Shown in pieces: positions 50,008 to 60,388 of a DNA stretch of 64,000 bases. Under the pieces are notes generated by a model. It was given only the letters and a program-made list of their open reading frames with translations, was not told the DNA's origin and searched no databases. The position numbers and the translations under genes were made by a program. Position 1 is the first letter of the stretch, and every line of letters begins with the position of its first letter. This stretch comes from Eukaryota sp. GEM-RC1 (taxonomy: Eukaryota), in assembly GCA_040285855.1 (NCBI GenBank), contig JAUFOQ010000002.1, positions 3,472,001-3,536,000 of the forward strand, given 5' to 3'.

Positions 50008-51011
50008 AAAAAATGGGTTAATTTTTAATTTTTGACAGTTATGTTTTGTTTCATATGCATAGTGACCCAAATCTTCACTACTTATTTTAAATTTGGATTG
50101 TTTATTTCATTTGTTGATTTTTGAGACATATTTTTGAAATTCTTGTACTATACTCGTTTCCGTCTATCTTTTGTTGGAAATTTGAAATTATTAACAAATT
50201 TGTTTTTCAATTCTTGTTTCTGTCAGAGTTTATGTCGTCCTTTTTTCACTGTTCTGCGATGTTATAAATTTGAAATAATTACTATTTTTGATTTCTTTTT
50301 TAGATATTCCTTCGTTACACTAGTAATATTTGAATTGCTATAAATTCGGTCTTTTCAACCTAAAACAATACGTCACTTTGACAGGTCAAAATTATTCCAA
50401 TACGAAAATTCTCATACATAACTTTTTTCTTCCTTCGATCATCTTACGAATTTCATCATGACCTTCCTACGGTAGCATTGCTTCTGAAAAAAACTCTGGT
50501 GACAGAGATTGTATTGATGAAGACCAAGTAAGTGATGACGAAGACGATGTGGTTTTTGGTGAGAACAGTCGAGTGTCTCAGTAATTTACTTTAGTTATAA
50601 TGATTCTTTGTCATTTATGAACTGTCCAAGGTCAGGTCAAGATAACGAACATCAAATGGGTATCTTTCTTTAAAGAAACTTTTAAAGAATACCCAATACC
50701 TTTAGGTATTGCAGCTAATAACTTCTTATGTTCGTTTAAAAATTAGAGTAGTGACTTTGTTTCTTTATAGAACAAAAACACTAAGATAAACACAAATGAT
50801 GTAATCGTTTTACAAATTTGTGTAATGATTTCGATAAAAAGTTCAACAGTGGTTTTTGAAGCCATCGTCTAGTATTTGCTTTATTTCGTTCTATGACCAA
50901 TTACTTTGATGATATCTTGAAGAGTTTGCTTGGTGGTGGAGAAGGTTGGGTAGGGTTATCTGTCTATTGTATTTTCTTTAATGTAAGTTTATGGAATACA
51001 GCACTTTGTTC

Positions 51012-51510
51012 CAGTGTTCGAAGACACGCGTGGACACGTTTGGACACGCAGACACGGTGTCTTTTCAAAAACACGCAAAAAGACACGCAAAAAGACACCG
51101 CGTGTGCACGTGTTTTTCTACAAAAAACCTAGAGAACTTCGAAAGTACCCTGTATATATCCCTCAATACTGTTCGACTTGAATGTTTTTCTATATGTTAT
51201 ACCACAATAGACTGCAATGCCAACAAAAAGTGGCAAAAATACTGATATGATGCGTTGTCAAACAAACCTAGAACACAATTCAACTCAACAGAACCACAGA
51301 ATCCAAGATTTAGTGATGGGATGTCAGACAAAGGCAAGAATTGGACCAAAACAATGTTTTGATAGTCAAACTCTGTATAGTTGATCAGAAATATTTTTTT
51401 GAAAAAACACGCAAAAACACCCAAAAGACACATCAAAGACACCGTGTGGACACGCGTGTTAACACCGACACGGTGTCTTTTAAAAAACACGTCGGAAATT
51501 TCGAATACTG
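51012..51510. mobile_element. hAT-type MITE
   Basis: TIRs CAGTGTTCGAA ... TTCGAATACTG, 8-bp TSD CTTTGTTC (51004-11 and 51511-18), and GACACG subterminal repeats. Confidence 0.9.
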
Positions 51511-51699
51511 CTTTGTTCCCAATACCTAACAAAAATCCGACAATATCGCATATTTCAGGCTAACCCCAAGCGAATGACTGAACACATAATGGAAACCTAT
51601 ATAAGACAACACTCACTTCAGACGTAGTGACAACTTCAGTTTACATACTAGTATTGTACAGTGTACTTACACTTGGCAATAATTTAAGTACAATATATA

Positions 51700-52650
51700 A
51701 ATTTTATTTTGGCACAATAAAAAAATTAGTTATTATTAAAAGCAAAACAGTTTATAGAGGAACTAGACAAAAACACATATACAACCTATGACACACTGGA
51801 CACAGAAAATTCCTGGTCAACAGTATCACAGTTTTTATACAACTTTGTGATAATTGATTAAAAATAAACTGAGTCATCGAACGAAACAGAGAAAAAGTCA
51901 AACGGTTAAGCCAAATTGATAAGTTAAATCTCATATTCTGAGACTTACATATAAATTTAGATCCAAAATCAGCTAAAAACTGAGAAGCCGTTTCACCAAT
52001 ACTACCGAAAATCGAAATAGCAAATGGAATAAATACAAATTTTGATTGAGTGTAGCAACATTCAACAAGCTCATCTTTAGTATCAAACACAAACACAGGA
52101 GGAACAGTTGCCAAGGGGGGAACTGAAGCAGACATAAGAAAGACAGAAGAAGTAGATTTGAAGAAAGGGAGGAGGAAGGAAACTACAAACGTCATCATAA
52201 ATTGTCGTGTTTGTCTTTTGTGCATTTAGTCAATTTTGTGAATTTATGTATATTTAGTTGTAAATTTAGGTTGCCTCTATATTAATTTTACGTTTTCCGG
52301 CTGTTTTTAGGTGGTTGAAACCGATTATTTACTCTATTGATGTCTCCAATATTCAGAAAATTTTTATTGGCTTGAGAAGAAATATTTTATTGCAAATGCA
52401 TTTATTTCACTGACTGATCATAAACCCCGTTTTTTAATATACATAATTTTCCAATGCTTGGTTAGTTTGCGTGGTAGACCACGACAAAAATGATTGATTT
52501 TACCACCGAATCTGACTTGGCGCATTGCAAATACCACATATGTTCCAATTTGCAGATCTACAATTTGATTAAGCTTCTGAAAGATTGAATTACTCTTGAG
52601 TGATAATGTGTGTATAAGTATATACAAATATAAAACCAAGACTAAATCCA
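51700..52650 (-). mobile_element. Decayed RLE retrotransposon pieces (family D)
   Basis: KFVFIPFAISIFGSIG...WLNRLTFSLFR and VFAMRQVRFGGKINHFCRGL are homologous to family A segments. Confidence 0.6.
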
Positions 52651-52758
52651 ATTTAATTGATCCAAAATTATATGAGATAAACTAAGAATTAATTTAGGGT
52701 ACGTAATAGAGCAGTATTTCAGTTTAGCATTTATCGTTATTTTATTCATCTACGTTCA

Positions 52759-53390
52759 GTTATTCATGATTGTGAACGTGATTCTTGTTATTCCATGTTT
52801 AAAGCACATGGTTTTCACTCTAAGATTGAACCAGTTTTGAATCACCTTTCAGAATATTAATTTTAAGTTCAAAAAAAAGGGATCCTCATAATCCGTGGCT
52901 TAAATCGACTCAATCATTAATTGATTTTACTACAGTACATGTTTGTAACAAATCTTGTGTTAGAAGGATATTAGATTCATCTTTTAATCCGTTAACAGCT
53001 GCTGAAAAGCTCAAACATTTAAGTATGACTTTCACGTAGAAGAATTAAATCGAAAATCATACTCCAAATTTGTGTTTCAACCTTTTGCTGTTTCTCTTTT
53101 GGATCGATTAGTCCTGATGGTGATCAATTCTTCAAGAATTTCGAAGAACTTTGTAAAGAAAAGAAGCGTAAGTTTAGAATGGCTGAATGAAAAAACCGTA
53201 TTGTGTTTTCCAAAAAACGACATATGACTTTTTATTTCTCTCGATTAATTGAGAAATTGTACAAGTTTGGTGTGAAGGTTAACGTTGAAAAACGTAATCT
53301 TTTACCGGATAGGAATGAAATCGTTTGGATTGTTTGTTTTTACAAATTCATGTTCTTGTAGTAAGGTTACCTTTTGGGTACCGAATAAAA
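52759..53390 (+). mobile_element. RLE family A 3' fragment
   Basis: Aligns with 36120-36771. Confidence 0.85.
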
Positions 53391-53725
53391 CTGCTAGTAT
53401 TTCAGGTACATCAATACCCAATTCCTACATCAATACCTCAAAAATGAGTGATCAACACAGAAGTCCAGTCACTTATAAAATCACCAAAGATTGAGCGAAT
53501 CAGTGTCTCTGTTGGTTCTAGTACGTTTATGGTTGAGTGTTACTGGGTGTAAAGCAGTGTTGACGACTCTTGTTTCAAACGTTTGACAGTTGGTTTCCAA
53601 AATTAAGACAGTCTCTACTCATCATCTTGGCTGTCCTGTTACTGGAACTGAGTGGTCATGCCAAAAAAAGAATAAAGATGAACAATACGTGATACAATTC
53701 TCCTTCCTTATACAAGAAATCACAT

Positions 53726-54220
53726 ATGTCATTCGAGGGACAGCCACCCCAATCAAAGTCAGAATCCCAGTACATTGAAGACAGTACGAAACGGCACGCT
53801 TCATTGTCCAAGCGTAGAATGGGTCTGTTCAAAAAAGCACACGAGTTGTCCATTCTCACGGGTACACAGGTGTTGCTTGTTGTTGCTGACGAGAATAAGC
53901 AGTTTGACTGCTTTGCGTCGGATCTTCTCCAACCTCTTTCAAAATCTCGTCATCTCCACGCTATGCTACAATCGTGTCTTGAACATCCAAGAGACAATTA
54001 CTCTTCTACAAACCAACCCGGTATGCAAACCAGTATACACCCCGTTGCGTTTCCTCAGTTTCCAATGTTACCGCCTCATGTTAATGAATTAGATAGCCGT
54101 AGAACCTCATCTGATACCAATCTTTTCACACACCCTCTTTCTATGCCTCTTCACAGATCATACTCCGACACGTCCTACACTGACACGACAGCACCAAGAT
54201 TTCCGCCACCGAACCATTAA
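53726..54220 (+). CDS. SRF/Mcm1-type MADS-box transcription factor
   Basis: YIEDSTKRHASLSKRRMGLFKKAHELSILTGTQVLLVV. Confidence 0.9.
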   Translation: MSFEGQPPQSKSESQYIEDSTKRHASLSKRRMGLFKKAHELSILTGTQVLLVVADENKQFDCFASDLLQPLSKSRHLHAMLQSCLEHPRDNYSSTNQPGMQTSIHPVAFPQFPMLPPHVNELDSRRTSSDTNLFTHPLSMPLHRSYSDTSYTDTTAPRFPPPNH

Positions 54221-54543
54221 ACAGTGCTGATTGTTTTTTGTCATCAGTATTGATACTAATTACAGGTCTCTCACTTGTATCGTTTAATTATACTTTCTTT
54301 TGAATTTGTTTCTTCTAAGTGGTGTGGGTTTTTGTACATATTGTTGACCAACCACGTATAAAGTCGCCCCAATATTATGTATTGTTAATGTTGAAGTAAT
54401 TGTTGCTCAACCATATATTTCGAAGAGAAGAGTTTCTGTAACAAAACGAATCTTCTAGCTCTTCAAACAAAAGAGGAATTTCCTAACTCTCAAACTAGTA
54501 CCTAGACTAGAAAGGCGCGACATCTTCCCTTCTTCAACACTAC

Positions 54544-55193
54544 ATGAATACTGCTTTTAAACTAGTACTTCTAGGTGAATCTGCCGTCGGCAAATCCTCT
54601 GTTGTTGCACGCTTTATGAGTGGCAACTTTTCTTCTGAAGAACCTCCCACAATTGGGTATCTCCTTCATTCTCTCAATCCCTCACCTAAGAGCCGCTTTT
54701 TACAGAACTAAGATAGACTTACCTGATGACAAATCCATAGACTTCGAGCTTTGGGATACTGCAGGCCAAGAACAATACAGTTGTCTGACGCCTGTTTACT
54801 ACCGTGATGCAGATGCTGCTCTTGTTGTATATGATATTACCAAATGGGATTCGTTCGAACGAGCAAAACGATGGGTTCGAGAACTTCGGGAACAGTTATC
54901 TCACGACGTTGTTCTTTGTATAATAGGTAATAAACTCGACCTAGAGACTTCTAGGGTGGTCTCCCGCCATGTTTGTTGTCATCTCTTCTTTCTAACACCA
55001 GGAAGCTGACATATTTGCTGAGGAAAACGAATGTTTGTTCATGGAAGGATCAGCTCTTAGTGGATTAAACATTAAGGAAACGTTTATTGAAATATCAAAC
55101 AACCTACCAGACAGACCAATAGTTAATTGTAAAGATCTCCTATCGAACACTGTGAATCTTACTGGAAATAGTAGTGGTGGATGTTCATGTTAG
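54544..55193 (+). CDS. Rab5-related small GTPase with two introns (54657-54690, 54971-55001)
   Basis: [14 protein letters not shown], spliced TIGAAF, WDTAGQE, GNKLD, EGSA and a C-terminal CSC prenylation motif. Confidence 0.92.
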
Positions 55194-55245
55194 ATAGTTT
55201 GCAATTTATTTATTTTTTTAAAATTTACAGTCGACAACCAACTGT

Positions 55246-56295
55246 TCAAGATGCACCAAAACTCTTTAGAATATCACCAAGAGATAGCATTCCAACTAGA
55301 TAATCATCTTCATCAACCACAACAAAACGATGTATTCGATGTTGAGCAGAATCTTGTAGCAACTGTTTCAATCTGGTATCCCGTTTTATCTTGTGGAGTT
55401 TTTCCCTCCGCGGTAGCTGAAACTTCAACGCATCTTCAACAGTAATCGAGTCTGTTGGCAGTGACGATCCAAACACCAAACCAATAAGATCAGCAGTGTT
55501 GAATATATCTACAGGCCAGATACCCCGGCTATCCTGTTCAACTATAATCAAAGAAGCAACCCTGGAAGTTTGTAGGATCCTTAGAATGTCAACAAGAGGG
55601 TCGGTCTTCCGACAAGTTAATAGAGCTGACTTTTCAAAGACCCCAATGTTGTCTTCAGCTAACTCCGCAACTGTTTTAACTAGTTCTGAATCTCCCGCTC
55701 GTCTATATTTAGACACCAGGAATCCAGCAATTCTTCTGGGGGATATTATGTGTATGACAGTCCCCGTATCATCGAGTACAGGAAGTCTGTGAAGGGATTG
55801 GGTTCGTAGTATCTGTAGAGCTTGAGCTAAGGTACACGACGGATCCACTGTTGAAAGGGGTCTCGGGTTGAACTGTTTCCATGATCTGACACTTCGTTCG
55901 GCAACAAGGTTGTACCACTGATGAGCAGTGGGGCAGGAGCCTGGAGAAGCATAGAGTTCGTCGTGAGAAGCGACTAATATATCAACAAGATCCCAAACAG
56001 TGAACATTCCAAAGAAAGATTCAATGGCACTGTCCCAAAGAGGCAGAGAGGTTATTTCGTTATAAACAAGTACACCAACAGCTTGTGCAACAGAAAGGTC
56101 GGGATCCATTAGAACTATTTTGCCTGAATCCGGCATAACGTCATAAACAGAATAGCCACGGAGAAAGCTGAGAAAGCCAGGTTGTTTTTGATAGGATTGG
56201 AGAGAGTCTGACTCAGAAGACATGTCAACATCTTCGTCAAAGGGAGAATCATCGTCATCATGTGTTGGAGAATAAGATTTAGTATGATAGTACAT
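55246..56295 (-). CDS. CBS-domain protein, AMPK gamma/SNF4-like
   Basis: YDVMPDSGKIVLMD, LPLWDS, GMFTVWD, HRLPVLD, IHRFVVVD and LSLGDIL. Confidence 0.88.
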   Translation of the reverse strand: MYYHTKSYSPTHDDDDSPFDEDVDMSSESDSLQSYQKQPGFLSFLRGYSVYDVMPDSGKIVLMDPDLSVAQAVGVLVYNEITSLPLWDSAIESFFGMFTVWDLVDILVASHDELYASPGSCPTAHQWYNLVAERSVRSWKQFNPRPLSTVDPSCTLAQALQILRTQSLHRLPVLDDTGTVIHIISPRRIAGFLVSKYRRAGDSELVKTVAELAEDNIGVFEKSALLTCRKTDPLVDILRILQTSRVASLIIVEQDSRGIWPVDIFNTADLIGLVFGSSLPTDSITVEDALKFQLPRREKLHKIKRDTRLKQLLQDSAQHRIHRFVVVDEDDYLVGMLSLGDILKSFGAS

Positions 56296-56513
56296 CAGCT
56301 GTAGGCTTTAGCCACTGATAGTGAAAGAAGCTATTAGTAGAACTGTAAGCACCAGAATTGGAAGTTCTGTAATCTTTCTGTTGATGCTTTCGTGACAGTT
56401 TCATCTTTGGCATATGCCCCAGCATATCTAGAAGACTAAGTCTGTATCTCACATGCCTGATTTTTTCTGTAATTCTGAACAAGGAGAACTCCTCTAACTT
56501 TCTTTCAACCCAA

Positions 56514-57529
56514 ATGAGCTTTTACAAACCTGTTGAAACTTTTGGTGTCATTGAAACTACTGGAATCACAAAAGCTTCCAAAAGAATAGACAAACTCGTC
56601 ATCTTAAGTTTTCTTGCAGGAATATACATTTCATTTGGTGCCATTGCTGCTCTAATCGCTGGTGGACGGATTGCGGATCGTGGAATTGGCCTTCTTGTTT
56701 ATGCTGCTGTCTTTCCTGTAGGACTCATGTTTGTAATCATTGCTGGAGCTGAACTATTCACTGGAAACACTATGTTTCTAATACCAGGCCTCCTCCATAA
56801 ACGTATATATGTTCTAGACCTTCTCCGTGTTTGGTTCTATTCCTTCTTCTTTAACTTTGCTGCTTCCTACTTTGTTGCATTAGTTCTACAAAGCTCTATT
56901 AATGTGAGTCCAGTTGACGATTTTCTTAGATCCATCGTCATTGGGAAGTTATCATATGGGTTTTGGATAATCTTTGTACGAGCAGTGGCAGCTAACTGGC
57001 TGGTCAATTTAGCCATTGTCTTGGCGTATGCTTCGAATACAATAGGAGGAAAAATCCTTGGTATATGGTTTACTATTTTCGCGTTCATTGTGAGGCGGTT
57101 TCGAACATGTTGTTGCAAACATGTTCTTCTTCTCTTGGCTTTCTTCATTGGGGGTACAGGAATCACAATAGGATCAATGCTTCTTGCTTTGTTACCAGCA
57201 ACTCTTGGGAATATTATGTATGTGTAACTTATTTTAAATTTTCTAACTTTAGTGGAGGCAGTGGTTTCGTTGGAGTGCTTTATTCATACATCCACTCAGT
57301 TGAAAGGTCTGGTAGAACAGTCTTCCCCCCTCCTACTCCTATTTTATCTGGAGAGCAGAGGAAGTACTCAAAACGACCACCATCTCCAATCATTCCCCAT
57401 GGAGATGTTGCTTCAAACTCTCTTGTTCAGGGTGAAGCTACTGAGCCACTAAGGTCTCAAACAGGTGACTTTGCTGTTAGCCGTCCTCCACGTGGTCCTG
57501 TACTAAGAAAGGAAGTGCTACCTCCTTGA
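56514..57529 (+). CDS. Formate/nitrite transporter (FNT) family; intron 57218-57252 and two compensating indels near 57093-57135
   Basis: LAGIYISFG, FPVGL, GAELFTGN and ANWLVNLA, GFEHVVANMF in the adjacent frame, and spliced TLGNIIGG. Confidence 0.92.
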
Positions 57530-57599
57530 AAAACAAAGAGAAAACAAAAAGTAGAAAAAAAGTTGTTTAATTATTTGTTGTTTTTGTTATTGATTTTGT

Positions 57600-58345
57600 T
57601 TGGGGGTAGATGCAGACCTTGAATGTGTTAAAATGAAGAAAATCGTTTATTTTTACAAATGCAATAAAATACGATCAGAAACAAAAACTTGGCCCTTTAA
57701 AACAACTAGGAACATTCATTAAAACACACCAAGGCATTTTCTACATAGAAAGCACAAATAGTAGCACAATTTGCTGCTCTGCATTCTAATCGTTTAGACA
57801 TACAATCTTTGGGTTTTTGGCCTCTTTATTATGATGAATTTCGTAGTACTCACTCGCATTGTGAGTTGAGGATGATATTGTTGTTGATTTCATGTGATTC
57901 CTGAGCTTCGTGTGAACTACTGCCATTTTGGAACTTTAAGTAAGCACGTCTATAATGTAATTACTACTATTTGATATGGCGCATTCAAAAACGCAAAGAT
58001 ACGTACATATGATAATTAAAAAAACAGAAAGTAAATTGTTATACAGAAAAGGGATGGAATCAAAATGACTGTGTATTGATGTTTGGTGACAATGGTAATA
58101 AGAGGCAGAAGCTAAAACACCTCCGATCAAGTAGAGGTGTGGGGTGGAGAAACTTCTTTAAGAGAAATGGTTACAATATTGTTCTTGTATATGAGAGTTA
58201 CACGTCTTCAAAGTGTCCTACTTGTTGGAGGCCAATCAAAGTGTTTATGGAAGTTGACAATCCAAGACCCAAGAAACAAGAAGAGAATCCCAAAGTGAAG
58301 TTACAGGGTGTTGTTGAGATGTCAGTCCAAGAAGTGCAGTAAATA
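57600..58345 (+). pseudogene. Decayed Fanzor1 (TnpB-related RuvC nuclease) gene
   Basis: Collinear pieces: LGVD..DLECV, YFYKCNKIRSETK, FKNAKIRTY..KTESKLL, VLMFGD, SRGVGWRNFFKRNGYNIVLVYESYTSSKCPTC, FMEVDNPRP, then LLRCQSKKC in another frame. Confidence 0.75.
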
Positions 58346-58792
58346 AGGCAATGAAAGGGTGAAATGCATGGATTAACATCAAAGTTGTGGATGGTCTATC
58401 ATAGTGATATATGACTAGTCCTCTATTTATTTCAGTGAATCTGTCGTAATATGAAGTCTCTTTGTGGGACTTGATACAGTGTCAAACTCCTTCTAAAAAG
58501 GAAACGTGTGTATTCCAGCTTCTCGTAAAATGATGTTGACATGGAGAGCAGAAGAAAAGACAAATAATCGTAGCAGAGATGTTAAGACGGTGTTTTCAAA
58601 AAGTACATTGTAACTATGACCAAATAAATGAGAATGTTCAAAAGGAGTGGCCACAAGGAGACGGTTAAAAAGATATGGAAACAGATACGCTGCAAAACTA
58701 ACCAAATCGGAAAGGAAACATGAAATGGAAACTTGACAAAGACTGTCTTCTGTGACGATCCTCCATCACTTGTTTCTCCAACAAATGCCTCA

Positions 58793-60167
58793 ATGTTAGG
58801 GTTCTTTTCTTGTTGTAAACCAAAGTCACCTGATGGCCAGGCATCTCAGTGTCAACACTTTTCATTCTCTTTCGAACAATCACCAGTCAGAATGAGTTCC
58901 CCAAGTTCCATGATCGACCCAAGCACAGGCCGAGTTGTGAATAACTATGTCTTAGGACGAATTATCTATAGGTCTGATGTTGCAACAGTCTTTTTCGCGA
59001 AGTCAATGTCTTCAAATGAAGAGTTTGCGATTAAGGTATATGACAAATCTCTTCTACAACGACCATCTGCTCAGTGTTCTAGTCTAATACAAAAACTCCA
59101 TCAGGAGATTGCAATCATGAAGAAGCTAAGCCATCCCAACATAGTTCGACTTTATGAAGTGATCGACGATATCACATCGCCCTACTGTTATCTTGTTCTT
59201 GAATATGTCCATAATGGTGCAATTATGTCAGATGAATGTCCAACTATGAAACCAATCAATGTAAGCACTGCTTGGAAGTATTTCCGTGATCTCGTCAAAG
59301 GTTTCTCATGTTATCCTCAACAATCTCATCTTAGGTGTTGATTATCTCCATAGACACTCCATCATCCATCGTGACATTAAGCCGAGCAACATCCTCATCA
59401 CAAGTAGTGGGACTGCGAAGATTTCTGATTTTGGTGTGTCCTCCTATGTACATCATAGTGAAACTGAAGCTACTGCCGGTTCTCTGCCTTTCTTTGCTCC
59501 TGAAATCATCATTGGGAGTAATGGTGCTTCCTGGGCTACAGACATATATTCCGCCGGAGTTACTTTGTATGTCATGATTTTTGGAGAATTGCCATTTGGT
59601 GATGTAGATGAGTTTTCCATGTTCCAAGCTATCTGTCACAATGATCTAAAGCTATCTGATGACATTGACCCTGTGCTGGCAGATTTGCTGTATCGGTGTT
59701 TGGCTAAGGATCCTGATCAACGTATTACCATGGATGAATTAAAGGTCCATCCGTGGCTAACAGTCAGTGGAAAGTTTCCCTTTGAAGATGATGAAGGTTT
59801 GCAGGTAAGCTTTGTAACACATCGAGATTGTGACTGTGCTATCACTAATGTGTCTACTGCCATCGAAGATGAAACTCCAAGTTTATCGGTGTTTGTAAGT
59901 CCAGAAGAAAAAGCCAATCGACATCTAATTTTAGAATGTCCAGGAGTTCGATCCCGATCGTCCACTCTTTCTGAATCTTCCGTTGGATCTTGGCTGGATG
60001 ACGCCATGATATTGCGATCAAGTCTTTTCCAGAGTAGTGACTATGACTTTGATGTGGAAATCACTGGTGCGGGTTCTCTATCTGATGTGTTGACGACTAC
60101 TGATGTTGTTGTTACTGAAACCATGTCCTCTTATTCGTCTGTTGGTGACTCTGATTATTCTGACTAA
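58793..60167 (+). CDS. Ser/Thr kinase, CAMKK/SAK1-like (paralog 3) with intron 59301-59334
   Basis: [22 protein letters not shown], spliced [23 protein letters not shown] and FFAPE. Confidence 0.88.
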
Positions 60168-60388
60168 TATGTATAGTTTGCATTGTATATTATTAAGTTT
60201 TAGTTTGTTAGTTGATTTTAGTCTCACTAAATTAATTTTATTTGTTTTTGTCGAAGGGAAATTAGAGTTGCTCATCGATTCGAGTTAGTGTACTCGACTC
60301 ACAGTTGATTGTGAGTGTACTCAAGATTTTCAGTACTGTTCCAGATCTCATATTGTCAATCAATTCTGTTGGTGGACAATAAATATAT

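Noticed and set aside
12507..57135. Genome-wide programmed ribosomal frameshifting or RNA editing to explain the many split genes (ELP1, kinases, AEC, GNPTAB, LRRIQ3, DLEC1, FNT), including the RF2-like TTT TGA at about 45878
   Set aside because: The shifts go in both directions, lie mostly in A, T or G homopolymers and share no motif or stop context. This is the pattern of long-read consensus errors. Accurate short reads and cDNA would settle it.
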